Shown here piece after piece: positions 51,671-64,000 of a DNA stretch of 64,000 nt. The position numbers were made by a program, and so were the translations under genes. Source of the DNA: Octopus sinensis (taxonomy: Eukaryota); the NCBI RefSeq assembly GCF_006345805.1, contig NC_042999.1, forward strand, positions 24,304,001 to 24,368,000, read 5' to 3'. The notes below the pieces were generated by a model, which was not told the origin of the DNA, did not search any database, and saw nothing but the letters and a program-made list of their open reading frames with translations. The first letter of the stretch is position 1, and every line of letters begins with the position of its first letter.

Positions 51671-52366
51671 GTTAACATGTAGCACTACCAAAGATTAATT
51701 ACTGTACAGTAAACGTGCGCTCTGATAGAATTTGCAGTTCAGCTCAAACCGCTTTGCTTTGGAAAATATAAGCGAGAGAAATATGGGACGTGTCCTCATT
51801 GGAATCACTACATAAATTCAACGATTTTACTGCTTGAACCAGCATTCAAAACTATAGGACATTACTCATACAATATCTAAAATATTGTTTTAAAAGTTAA
51901 GAATCCTTATGAAATTAAAATACATTATAGCGTCAAGTAAGGCAAAAGAAGGAACGTGGAAGAAACGCCACTATTGCTCTGAAAAAGGCAGTGAATTTAC
52001 AGACGTGTTAGGGTGATGGACAAAATACCTTACCATGTTCAGGCGGTGAAGTGACAGAATTGTTAGTACATCAGGCAAAAGGCTTAGAGGTATTTAGTAT
52101 GTCTTTACGTTCTGAGTTCAAATTCCAATGAGGTCGACTTTGCCTTTTATCCTTTCGGGGTCTATAAAAGAAGTACCAGTCAAATACTGAGGTTGATGTA
52201 ATCAACTTGCTCCGTCTCTTGAAATTGCTGGCCTTGGGCCAAAAGTTGAAATCAATATTTGTAGGCAAAGAAAAATCTTAAGAAAAACCAAATCTTGTGG
52301 AGACTCATGGTAGGATGTATCAGTAAAAATTATACAAAAAATAAATTCATTGAGACATGTGTATCA

Positions 52367-52778
52367 GGAGTGGCTGTGTGGTAAGTAGCTTGCCTACCAA
52401 CCACATGGTTCTGGGTTCAGTCCCACTGCGTGGCATCTTGGGCAAGTGTCTTCTGCTATAGCCTCAGGCCGACCAATGCCTTGTGAGTGGATTTGGAAGA
52501 CGGAAACTGAAAGAAGCCTGTCGTATATATGTATATATATATGTATGTATGTGTATGTATATGTTTGTGTGTCTGTGTTTGTCCCTCTAGCATTGCTTGA
52601 CAACCGATGCTGGTGTGTTTACGTCCCCGTCACTTAGCGGTTCGGCAAAAAGAGACCGATAGAATAAGTACTGGGCTTACAAAGAATAAGTCCGGGGTCG
52701 ATTTGCTCGACTAAAGGCGGTGCTCCAGCATGGCCGCAGTCAAATGACTGAAACAAGTAAAAGAGTAAAAGAGTAAGA
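52367..52778 (+). mobile_element. SINE family C, full length
   Basis: Ends gactgaaacaagtaaaagagtaaaagag. Confidence 0.9.
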
Positions 52779-53001
52779 GTATGTGTATGTCGGGGCAGAA
52801 GAGAAACAAATATTTCAGGTTTGTCCCGTCGTCTCAGATTCCTCAGATTCTTTAAAGCATCTTTAAAGTACAATAAAGGATGGATAATGATAATAAAGGA
52901 CAAATTATAACTAACTACTAATTTATAAAGGAAGATGTGTTGACTACTAAACCGATCTTATACTCAACCCATTAAATCACTTAGTCATAAACAAACTTTA
53001 A

Positions 53002-53395
53002 GTGGATGTGTGGTAAGTAGCTTGCTAACCAACCACATGGTTCCGGGTTCAGTCCCACTGCGTGGCACCTTGGGCAAGTGTCTTCTACTATAGCCTCGGG
53101 CCGACCAAAGCCTTGTGAGTGGATTTGGTAGACGGAAACTGAAAGAAGCCTGTCGTATATATATGTATGTATATGTATATAATGTGTGTGTGTGTGTGTG
53201 TCTCTGTGTTTGTCACTCCAACATCGCTTGACAACCGATGCTGGTGTGTTTACGTCCCCCGTAACTTAGCGGTTCGGCAAAAGAGACCGATAGAATAAGT
53301 ACTGGGCTTATAAAGAATAAGTCCCGGGGTCGATTTGTTCGACTAAAGGCGGTGCTCCAGCATGGCCGCAGTCAAATGACTGAAACAAGTAAAAA
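53002..53395 (+). mobile_element. SINE family C, near full length
   Basis: Same structure as the 52367 copy. Confidence 0.9.
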
Positions 53396-53609
53396 AAAAA
53401 AAAAAAAGATTATTGTAATCCGAAAAAATAAGTAATCCGGCACTAATTTCGGTTAGAAAAATTTCAAATATTTTCAAATTTCCCGGTTCGCCGCACCAAC
53501 TGTCCGCTACGATTTGTTGGCGCGACTTGCTACATAAACACACTCGCATCATTTGTAAACAAATGCAGGCCTTTCCATTTTTTAAAATTTATTTTTATAT
53601 CCACTTCCC

Positions 53610-53765
53610 ATGCATAAAGGAAATGATTCTCATGGCGTAAATTGTAAACACCTTACATTATTCATAAAAGAAAAAGTTGAACTGTTGATAAACCTTGACA
53701 GCGGTGTATCTGTGGAAAGATTGTGTGAATTATACAACGTTGGATCTTCGGCAATTTACGATAAG
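53610..53765 (+). pseudogene. pogo/Tigger (CENP-B/Jerky-like) transposase N-terminal HTH fragment
   Basis: KHLTLFIKEKVELLINLDSGVSVERLCELYNVGSSAIYD resembles the CENP-B N-terminal HTH; upstream taatccg repeats near 53410-53440. Confidence 0.75.
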
Positions 53766-53930
53766 CCACTACACACATTTTTTTCTCTCCTTGTTTCTCT
53801 CCTTGTTTTTTTCTGTGTCCCTTTCTGTAGAAGAGCGTAGACTTTTTCTATTCCTGAGCGTTATAGTAATACATCTGTTTGTTTTGTACACCACCTGTCT
53901 TCGTCTTTTGTTTTCTCGTGAACTCTCTCC

Positions 53931-53967
<37 letters not shown>

Positions 53968-53979
<12 letters not shown>

Positions 53980-54888
53980 AAGGGTAAATGATTTCTATAA
54001 AGGTTTTCAAAAAAACCACAATTATTTACTGGTAGAATTCGGTATGTAAATATAGTCGATTACCGGCAGGAACTTCTGTAAAGTTCATATATATATTGCA
54101 TATAAGAAAAAGGGACAGGCAACAGGTTGCTTGACCGCATACCGAAAAAATAAAATAGCAGTCAAGAATGCTTATTTCTATCAAAGTGGGACTTCCGGCA
54201 CGACAAACCCTGTAATTCACATATGCAAAACAGAAGGAATAGATATCGAAAACGAAGTTCTGGTGGTTATCTGTGAACATCATGTTTTCTGGATTATAAC
54301 ATATTGAATATATATTTCATATATATTTTTGATAATATATTTCATATACATTGCATATATATTTCACATCCTTCTTCAGCACAGCTTTCCATTGAAATAG
54401 ATTTATCATAGATTTATCAAATGCTACGTACCTCAAACCTTCTGACCATGCGACATCAAAATATTTGAAGAAAGCGAGCAAATGCTAAACCTACATAGAC
54501 GTTTGAATTCGTAAATCTTCCCTCCAAAATTTTGCCATGCGCACCACAAAAATAGTTCCATAGGAGTAGGAACTATTGGGTTGTCGTAAGGGAGTGAAAA
54601 ATCCAATTAGTAATATAATAATAAGGGTAAATAATTTCTATAAAGGTTTTTATATGTATATGAAATATATATCAAAATATATATGAAATATATATTCAAT
54701 ATGTTTATAATCCAGAAACATGATGTTCACAGATAACCACCAGACTTCGTTTTCGATATCTATTCCTTCTATTTTGCATATGTGAATTACAGGGTTTGTC
54801 GTGCCCGGAGTCCCACTTTGATAGAAATAAGCATTCTTGACTGCTATTTCTATTTTTTCGGTATGCGGTCAAGCAACCTGTTTCTTAT

Positions 54889-54890
<2 letters not shown>
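53968..54890 (-). mobile_element. Non-coding element with terminal direct repeat and inverted 5' fragment (Penelope-like architecture)
   Basis: ataataagggtaaat.atttctataaaggttt near 53975 and 54620; inverted arms 54121-54351 and ~54654-54882. Confidence 0.55.
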
Positions 54891-54947
<57 letters not shown>

Positions 54948-56269
54948 TATATATATATACAATATATAGACATATATATATACATATATATACACACATA
55001 TATATTACACACATATATATATACATATATATATATATACAACACACACCACACAAACACATATATATATATATATATATATATTAGTATATATATATAT
55101 ATAAAACCGGAAGACCAGTTAATCCATTTCTATGCTAACAGTGAGTCAAAGAAACAATCGATAATCGATAATCCGGCAATATCATATATATCCGGCTCGG
55201 TAGTTAACCATATCATATACGATTATATCGAATTTGAGCCTCAAATCTGAACCCGTTAAATTGTATTCTGGACCTTGCTTCCGTTTTTATAGCATTGACG
55301 ATTGGCAAATGTTATTTTATAAGGATCTACATTTTTAATGCAAACGCCTTTCTCTCAGTTGTAGGAAATTAATCGCCGGAAATGATATTTGGCTTGAATA
55401 TTTACTGAGATGATTACCTTACTTATTTCATTGTTTTCATTCACGTGAATAACACTGATATCAAATTAAATAGATTATGCTTGCTCGATTGTTTCCTCCA
55501 GTTACAAGTTTACGTCAGAAAAATCCTTATTTCCTCTAGTCGATATTTTTCTCGTTCTTTTTCGATAATGTGATGACTAATAAATTAATCAGCGTGTTCC
55601 AACCAGAAATACGAAAATTCGCTTGTGAATTAGTTGTTATATTAGCTCTGTTTTAAGGAAACCAGATACGGCCGTGTAATTGTATATCAAATCGACTTCC
55701 GTTAGAAAGATTATATGGAATAGATTGCAGAGAAATGTTTCAGCAAATTTATAATTAATGAACGCTTTATTTAAAACTGAAAAACACAAATTCGAATTAA
55801 ATTTCTGTAAGATGCAACGCTTTCCATCCGTTTCGTGGCGTTAAACAGAAAACATACTGAAGCTCTGGAAGTCATTAGACATAACTAAGTGAACTAAGTC
55901 ACTTAGGATTTAATACAATATTCACAGCTACGAACAAGTGTTTGGTATGCATCTAGACTAAATGATGCAGAAATCAGTAAATTAATACCTTAATCGCTCC
56001 GTCTTTCCAAATGAACCATATCTTTGTTAAACGTCAAGAAAATATTTGTGTCAACACGATGGTTGTGACTTTTCAAATTTATGCTCTCTCTCCTCTCTTT
56101 ATTTCTCTCTCTTTCTTTCTGTCTTTCTTTCTTTTTCTGGCCCCTTTCTCAAGTTCAAACATACATATGTACATATAGATAACATTGACATACCACTCAT
56201 ACACATGCATATACTGTGTATATGTACATATACATATATATATATGTACATATGTAAATATATATGTAG

Positions 56270-56303
<34 letters not shown>

Positions 56304-56326
56304 CATATATAATATATTATAGATAT

Positions 56327-56373
<47 letters not shown>

Positions 56374-56409
56374 GTATATATATATATATGTATATATTAT
56401 ATATATATA

Positions 56410-56444
<35 letters not shown>

Positions 56445-56649
56445 AGTCTGTGTGTGTGTGTGTGTGTGGTATGTATGTTGTAATGAATTAGTTTAAGGAA
56501 TTTAGAGAATATCGATTTTTTTTATTCACTCATTTATGTTCTTTTTTTTTCACCTTCGTAAGTTTCCGCCCGATATCAAGGTGCATCTTCCGCATCTTTT
56601 AGTGCATTATGGTGAACAATCCAGCAAGGGTTTCATCACGGCAATTGAC

Positions 56650-56690
<41 letters not shown>

Positions 56691-56741
56691 ATATGTATGT
56701 ATGTATGCATGTATGTATGTATTTATATTAGATATATATAT

Positions 56742-56795
<54 letters not shown>

Positions 56796-57469
56796 GCAAT
56801 TGAAAGACGGAAGATGGAATATACAAGAGTTTATTATTAATCACGACAATGACAATGGTTTCGACACATCTAGCATCGATTCCTCATAGGTGGGGCACTC
56901 AACAACTCATTCAGGGTGCAGATTTATATCGCCAGGTGATAAACAGAGCTCGTTAAAATAAAACATCCGCGATGTAACTTCCCGTTTTGCAGAAAGAAAA
57001 ACAGCCAGAGGGAGGAAATATCTTAATTTATATAGAAGATCAAAAATAAAATCACCGATGGCAAAAGAGAAACGAACACGCAATCCAGCGAGAAAAGTAT
57101 ATACACAGTTTGACGAAGGAGAGTAAGCTGAAGTCAATGTCCACGTAAAAGTTTAATAAACATGTACTCCACAGAACGTACCGAGTTCGATATTGGTTTC
57201 AATCTTTGGCACAAGGCCATTAGTTTTCGGGACAGCAGATAAGTCGATTATATAGCCCCCCCACCCCCGAGCTAAATTGGTACTTATTTTGTCGACCCAG
57301 AATGGATGAAGAGGGAAAATCGACCTCGAAGGCATTTAAACTCGGAATGTAAAGTTGGAAGATATGCAGCACAGCATTTTTGCCATGTCGGTAACTATTT
57401 TGCCACCTTGCTCCTTTCCTTTAGTTTAATATTAAATTGTATTTATATATATAATTCGAAATATAAAAA

Positions 57470-57531
57470 CGTGTATATATATATATACACAACACACACA
57501 TATATATATACACACACACACACATATATAT

Positions 57532-57562
<31 letters not shown>

Positions 57563-57610
57563 CATATATATATATACATACATACATACATATATATTTA
57601 TATATGCATG

Positions 57611-57646
<36 letters not shown>

Positions 57647-57965
57647 CATACATATATATGTATATATATACATATATACATATATATATGTATATATATA
57701 TACATACATATATACCTATATATATATGTATATATACGTGTGTATGTATACATATTTGTGTATACATATATGTGTATGCATATAGATAGATACATACATA
57801 CATATACATATATATGTATATATAAACTTATAGATAAACTTATAGATAAACTTAGATATGTTTCGACCAAAGATTGGTCCAGGCCATGTCTAACTTAATA
57901 GCACCACCTGATAGGATTATTCGAATCCTGTTTAAGTCAAGTTTTGTTTATATATATAACATGCA

Positions 57966-58026
<61 letters not shown>

Positions 58027-58125
58027 TATATATAGACATGCATATATATAATAATATATATATATATACATGCATATATATTATATATACATGCATATAT
58101 ATATATATATACATGCATATATATA

Positions 58126-58159
<34 letters not shown>

Positions 58160-59156
58160 TAATATATAATGAGCAAATAGTGGAAGCTGCTGCAAAATTT
58201 CGAGAATACCATTTAATTTGAATTACAACATTTCAGGTCTTGAAAACATAGAACTACGCTGACAAAAAAAAATTGTCAACATAGTTAAAATTGACATGAG
58301 TGACAGTGGTAGATAAATTTATTGAAGAAGTAAGAAAGCAAGAAAGTACGACGTAAAATTAGTGAAGAAATAAATACACGAGAGAAGCTGTAGATAGACT
58401 AAGAAACCGAGACAGGGTGTTTACAACATGAGATCAGCTAAAGTTTCCGAAAGAAGGAATACAGATTTATGAACAACGAAGCATTACAGTTGTGCACTGC
58501 TAACTTTACATAGCTATAATTATCTAAAATTTATTACGTCGTGAAACAGTGCTCGAGTAATTTATTGTATTCAATATAATGTCTTTTAAGATATTTTCTC
58601 ACTTGCTAGATATTTCCCCCGCGAGTTAATGTTTGTATAATTGTCTGTGGTTCTTAGTAGTTCTACTGTGTTAATGTTCCTATAATCGTTTATATTCTTA
58701 GTAATCATTTCACTGGTTTAATGAGCGTTTAATCGTGTATATTCTTAGTATTGGTTTCAGTGTCAAAAGTTATATAATCGGTTTAGTTTAGGATATTAAC
58801 ATATTTTTATAATTCAATATAGTTAACTACTATTCCTCATGTTATTCAGCGTCTATATTTACTAAACTAAGCTTGTGTGTGTTTGTGCGTATGTGTATAT
58901 ACATATATATATATATATATATAATATATATATATATATTATGTATGATGTATGTATTATAATATATATATATATATATATATAAACTATAATATAATAT
59001 CTATATATATATATATATACATACAACATAATTATATATATATAGATATATATATATATATATATATACATTACATACATATATATATATATATATTATA
59101 TATATATTATATATATACTACATACATACATATATATATATATAATATATATATAT

Positions 59157-59191
<35 letters not shown>

Positions 59192-59202
59192 CACATACAT
59201 AC

Positions 59203-59233
<31 letters not shown>

Positions 59234-59263
59234 ACATACATACTATAATATATATATATATAT

Positions 59264-59312
<49 letters not shown>

Positions 59313-59444
59313 CACATTCGCATATATGCATACATATATATACCCATACACATTCAATAATACATATATATACATATATATATATATCCACACATACAAA
59401 CATATATACACACATACATACACATAGATACATACATACATACA

Positions 59445-59477
<33 letters not shown>

Positions 59478-59480
59478 GCA
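57470..59480. repeat. Long (TA)/(TATG)/(CATA) microsatellite fields (57470-58160 and 58890-59480)
   Basis: Visible directly; unique AT-rich sequence lies between them. Confidence 0.9.
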
Positions 59481-59805
59481 CATGCATTTTTTGAGGCAGC
59501 ACTTTACACAAAATATTAGCCTACATCACAATAAGCCCCATCCCATAGTTCCACAGAATGTTAAAATTAACAATGGAAGCTTTACTAATTAGCAAAACAC
59601 ACAATGAAGTGAAAGTCAATAAACATAAATTGAATTTGAAATAAGCGTGGGTGTAGCTGTGTGGTATGAAGCTTGCTTTCCAACCACACGGTTCCCGGTT
59701 CTGTCCCATTGCAGAGCACCTCGAGTAAGCTTCTTCTACTACAGCCGTGGGTCGACTAAAGCCTTGTGAGTGGATTTGGTAGATGGAAATGGAAAGAAGC
59801 CCGTC

Positions 59806-59840
<35 letters not shown>

Positions 59841-60106
59841 CGTCACCGTGACCGACCAGGCCATCAGATTTTGCTACATATTGCTGGTCACAATGCGCTT
59901 TGTTTTAACCTTCAAATGACCCAACAGATGAAAGTGTGAGAGAAAGTTGTGGCGAAAGAGTACAGCAGGGATCGCCACCAACCCCTGCCGGAGCCTCGTG
60001 GAGCTTTAGGTGTTTTCGCTCAATAAACACACACAACGCCCGGTCTGGGAATCGAAACCGCGATCCTACGACCGCGAGTCCGCTGCCCTAACCACGGGCC
60101 ATTGCG

Positions 60107-60165
<59 letters not shown>

Positions 60166-60383
60166 CGAATATGAACAAGAAGGGTAGTAATATTATTTAC
60201 TACCAGGTGCCCAGCACAAAAGACGAATTAGTCATAAGACAAAAATATTATTCATATAGAAAAATATTATTCATGTAGTTATACAATTAAGGGCTCCTAA
60301 ATTAAGATGCCGAGTGCTGGGAACACAAAAAGGGGATGAATTTATCGAGAGTGAAAAACAAAAAAAGTTTACCGATAACTTTA

Positions 60384-60456
60384 ACTCGAACCGCGGTTTC
60401 TGCTTCTTTCTAGCAAAAACACAAATATGTTGCTAAGGCTAGCTTCATCAGCGAGT
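60384..60456 (-). ncRNA. Type I hammerhead fold with palindromic stem III
   Basis: ACTCG-CTGATGA-long stem II-GAAAC-CGCG-GT-T-CGAGT; GUU triplet; A.A at the first stem II position. Confidence 0.6.
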
Positions 60457-60897
60457 CGCTGATGAAGCTAGCCTTAGCAAACATATTTTGTGTTTTGCTA
60501 GAAAGAAGCAGAACCGCGGTTCGAGTTAAAGTTATCGGTAAACGTTTTTGTTTTTCACTCTCGATAAATTCATCCCCTTTTTGTGTTCCCAGCATCGGCA
60601 TCTTAATTTAGGAGCCCTTAATTGTATAACTACATGATAATATTTTTCTATATGAATAATATTTTGTCTTATGACTAATTCGCCTTTTGTGCTGGGCACC
60701 TGGTAGTAAATAATATTATACCCTTCTTGTTCATATTCGCATATTACATGATGGATTTATTCGTAAATTCTTCCCGGCATGCCTATACTGCCGTATAAAT
60801 TTTGCGTCTGCGCAGAGATTTGAAAAGTTAAGATCTGCTAGTAGTTCGAGATCTACACATGGTCTCACATCGCTGCAGACCTCGATTAAATAAGGCG

Positions 60898-60973
60898 ACT
60901 CGCTGATGAAGCTAGCCTTAGCAAACATATTTTGTGTTTTGCTAGAAAGAAAGCAGAGAAACGCGGTTCGAGT
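60898..60973 (+). ncRNA. Second hammerhead fold in the direct repeat
   Basis: ACTCG-CTGATGA...GAAAC-GCG-GT-T-CGAGT. Confidence 0.55.
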
Positions 60974-60994
60974 TAAAGTTATCGGTAAACGTTA

Positions 60995-61042
<48 letters not shown>

Positions 61043-62126
61043 TATATATATATACTATATATATATTTACATATATATACCTTTGTGTGTGTGAGACCGA
61101 TGGAATAAATACTAGATTTAAAAAAATTAACCCTGGGGTCGATTTATTTCACTAATATTCTTTAAGGCGGTGCACCAGCATGGCCACAGTCAAATGAGTG
61201 AAAGTCGTAAAAGAGTAAAAGAAAAAAAGTCCATTAAATTTACCAGCAAATAACAGTACCGCACCCTTAACTCAAGCAATGATCACTTTACCACTTGTTC
61301 GAAAGTGCGCATAATGAATGTTCTTGATACTATTGCGCCATTTTGATGATGCTGCGAGAATTGGGAAGAAACTTAAGAAAGAAATACGAACGTTCATGAG
61401 AAATTGTGGTTGAATTCAAACGCAATCGTAGCATAGAAACACACACGCGCGCGCTTATTAAGAGTAAGAGATATTAAAGTTGCCTACATATTTAATGCAA
61501 TATATATTAGGGAAGGCGGCAAGCTGGCAAGCTGGCAGAAACGTTAGCACGTCGGCCGAAGTGCATAGCGGTATTTCGTCTGCGTTACGTTGTGAGTTCA
61601 AATTCACAATGAAGTGAAAGTCAATAAATATAAATTGAATTTGAAATAGGCGTGGGTGTAGCTGTGTGGTATGAAGCTTGCTTTCCAACCACACGGTTCC
61701 GGGTTCTGTCCCACTGCAGGGCACCTCGAGTAAGCTTCTTCTACTACAGCCGTGGGTCGACTAAAGCCTTGTGAGTGGATTTGGTAGATGGAAATGGAAA
61801 AAAGCCCCTCGTATTTATATATATATATATATCACCGTGACCGACCAGGCTATCAGATTTTGCTACACATCGCTGGTCACAATGCGCTTTGCATTGTTTT
61901 AGCCTTCAAATGACGCCACCCAACAGATGAAAGTGTGAGAGAAAGTTGTGGCGAAAGAGTAAAGCAGGGATCGCCAGCAACCCCTGCCGGAAGCTCGTGG
62001 AGCTTTAGGTGTTTTCGCTCAATAAACACACACAACGCCCGGTCTGGAATCGAAACCGCGATCCTACGACCGCGAGTCCGCTGCCCTAACCACTGGGCCA
62101 TTGCGCCTCCACACATATATATATAT

Positions 62127-62173
<47 letters not shown>

Positions 62174-62179
62174 ATATAT

Positions 62180-62238
<59 letters not shown>

Positions 62239-62680
62239 CATATATATACCTTGTGTGTGTGAGACCGATGGAATAAATACTAGATTTAAAAAAATTAACC
62301 CTGGGGTCGATTTATTTCACTAATATTCTTTAAGGCGGTGCACCAGCATAGCCACAGTCAAATGAGTGAAAGTCGTAAAAGAGTGAAAGAAAAAAAGTCC
62401 ATTAAATTTACCAGCAAATAACAGTACCGCACCCTTAACTCAAGCAATGATCACTTTACCACTTGTTCGAAAGTGCGCATAATGAATGTTCTTGATACTA
62501 TTGCGCCATTTTGATGATGCTGCGAGAAATGTGAAGAAACTTAAGAAAGAAATACGAACGTTCATGAGAAATTGTGGTTGAATTCAAACGCAATCGTAGC
62601 ATAGAAACACACACGCGCGCGCTTATTAAGAGTAAGAGATATTAAAGTTGCCTACATATTTAATGCAATATATATTAGGG

Positions 62681-63660
62681 AAGGCGGCGAGCTGGCAGAA
62701 ACGTTAGCACGACGGACGAAATGCGTAGCGGTATTTCGTCGACTTTGCCTTTCATCCTTTCGGGGTCGATAAATTAAGTACCAGTTACGCACTGGGGTCG
62801 AGATAATCAATTTAATCCGTCTGTCTGTCCTTGTTTGTCCTCTCTGTGTTTAGCCCCTTGTGGGTAGTAAAGAAATAGAAATAGGTATTTCGTCTGCCGT
62901 TACGTTCTGAGTTCAAATTCCGCCAAGGTCGACTTCGTCTTTCATCCTTTCAATAGATTAAGTACCAGTAACGCACTGGGGTCGATATAATCAACTTCAT
63001 TCGTTTGTCTGTCCTTGCTTGTCCCCTCTGTGTTCAGCCCCTTGTGGGTAGTAAAGAAATAGGTATTTCGTCGGTCTTTACGTTCTGAGTTCAAATTCCG
63101 CCGAGGTCGACTTTTCCTTTCATCCTTTCGGGGTCGATAAATTAAGTACCAGTTACACAGTGGGGTCGATATAATCGACTTAATCCGGTTGTTTGTCCTT
63201 GTTTGCCCTCTCTGTGTTTGGCCCCTTGTGGGTAATAAAGAAATAGGTATTTCGTCTGTCATTACGTTCTGAGTTCAAATTCTGCTGAGGTCGACTTTGT
63301 CTTTCACACTTTCGGGGTCGATAAATTAAGTACCAGTTGTGTATTGGGGACGATGTAATCGACTGGCTCCCTCCCACAAAATTTCGGGCCTTGTGCCTAG
63401 AGTAGAAAAGAATATATAACATTAGAGCGGCGAGTTGGCAGAATCGTTAGCACACTGGGCGAAATGCTTAGCGGTATTTCGTCTGCCGCTAACGTTCTGA
63501 GTTCAAATTCCGCCTAGGTCAACTTTACCTTTCAACCTTTCGGGGTCAATTAACTAAGTACCAGATACGCACTGGGGTCGATATAATCGACTTAATCCGT
63601 TTGTCTGACCTTGTTTGTCCCCGCTTTGTGTAGCCCCTTGTTGGCAGTAAAGAAATATAT
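62681..63660 (+). mobile_element. SINE A array (three A1 units and one A2-tail unit) followed by another headed A1 copy
   Basis: Junctions gaaatag|gtatttcgtc near 62884, 63062 and 63246; A2 tail near 63410; new head at 63425. Confidence 0.88.
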
Positions 63661-63907
63661 ATATTTGTATATGTATGTATTTGTGTTTTTGTGTCTGTGT
63701 TTGTGTCCTCTCCCACAATCGCTTGACAACGCAACTGACGTTGGTGTGTTTACATTCCTGTAACTTAGCGCTTCGGCAAAAGAGAACCACTAGAATAAGT
63801 CCTGGGGTCGATTTATTCGACCACAACCCCTTAAGGTGGTGCTCCAGCACGGCCGTGATCAAATGATGGAAGCAAGTAAAACAACAAGAAAATTAAAGAA
63901 TGTGTGT

Positions 63908-63949
<42 letters not shown>

Positions 63950-64000
63950 GCGTGTGCGTGTGTGCCTGTGATTTGTGCGTGTGAGCTTATGCCTGAATTT

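Larger units (their letters stand above)
60166..60992. mobile_element. Palindromic hammerhead-containing non-autonomous Penelope-like/retrozyme-like element
   Basis: ~289-bp inverted arms centred on 60455; 444-bp unit followed by ~90-bp direct repeat; hammerhead cores. Confidence 0.75.
59600..62740. repeat. Tandem duplication X-[insert]-Y / X-Y
   Basis: 59600-60112 matches 61605-62114; ~61062-61600 matches ~62232-62740. Confidence 0.88.

Noticed and set aside
56840-56900. Minus-strand CTATGAGG...GTCGAAAC...GTC followed by AATAAA
   Set aside because: The core lacks the G of CUGAUGA and the stems are poor; possibly a decayed Penelope end
58300-58420. KFIEEVRKQE resembling a MADF/Harbinger start
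   Set aside because: Too short and interrupted by stops
2343-63866. Dozens of ORFs rich in Y/I, H/T, V/C, L/S, poly-I or poly-Y
   Set aside because: They are translations of microsatellites or SINE sequence, not proteins

Overview
This is repeat-saturated, AT-rich animal genomic DNA. The SINE families and microsatellite load point to an octopus (inference); there is a 100-N scaffold gap at 1254-1353. I found no confident host protein-coding exon, and almost all ORFs in the track are microsatellite or antisense artefacts. The window contains: (1) a full-length, very young Mag-type Ty3/Gypsy LTR retrotransposon (16446-20959, minus strand) with near-identical LTRs, a tRNA-Leu PBS, a PPT and a 4-bp TSD, inserted into a SINE; (2) Tx1/L1-clade LINE fragments, two of them flanked on both sides by (GATA)n; (3) at least four tRNA-derived SINE families, one of which forms head-to-tail multimers and has a 3' tail matching the Tx1 LINE 3' UTR; (4) mariner MITEs, Tc1/IS630 and pogo/Tigger transposase relics, and a DINE/Helitron-like element; (5) two local tandem duplications; (6) several non-coding fold-back elements with Penelope-like architecture. 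Two of these carry type I hammerhead ribozyme folds (33743-33799 and its duplicate; 60384-60456 and 60898-60973) and look like retrozyme-like RNAs. The best leads are the hammerhead palindromic elements and the Tx1-SINE partnership with SINE multimer formation. All alignments and folds were done by eye.
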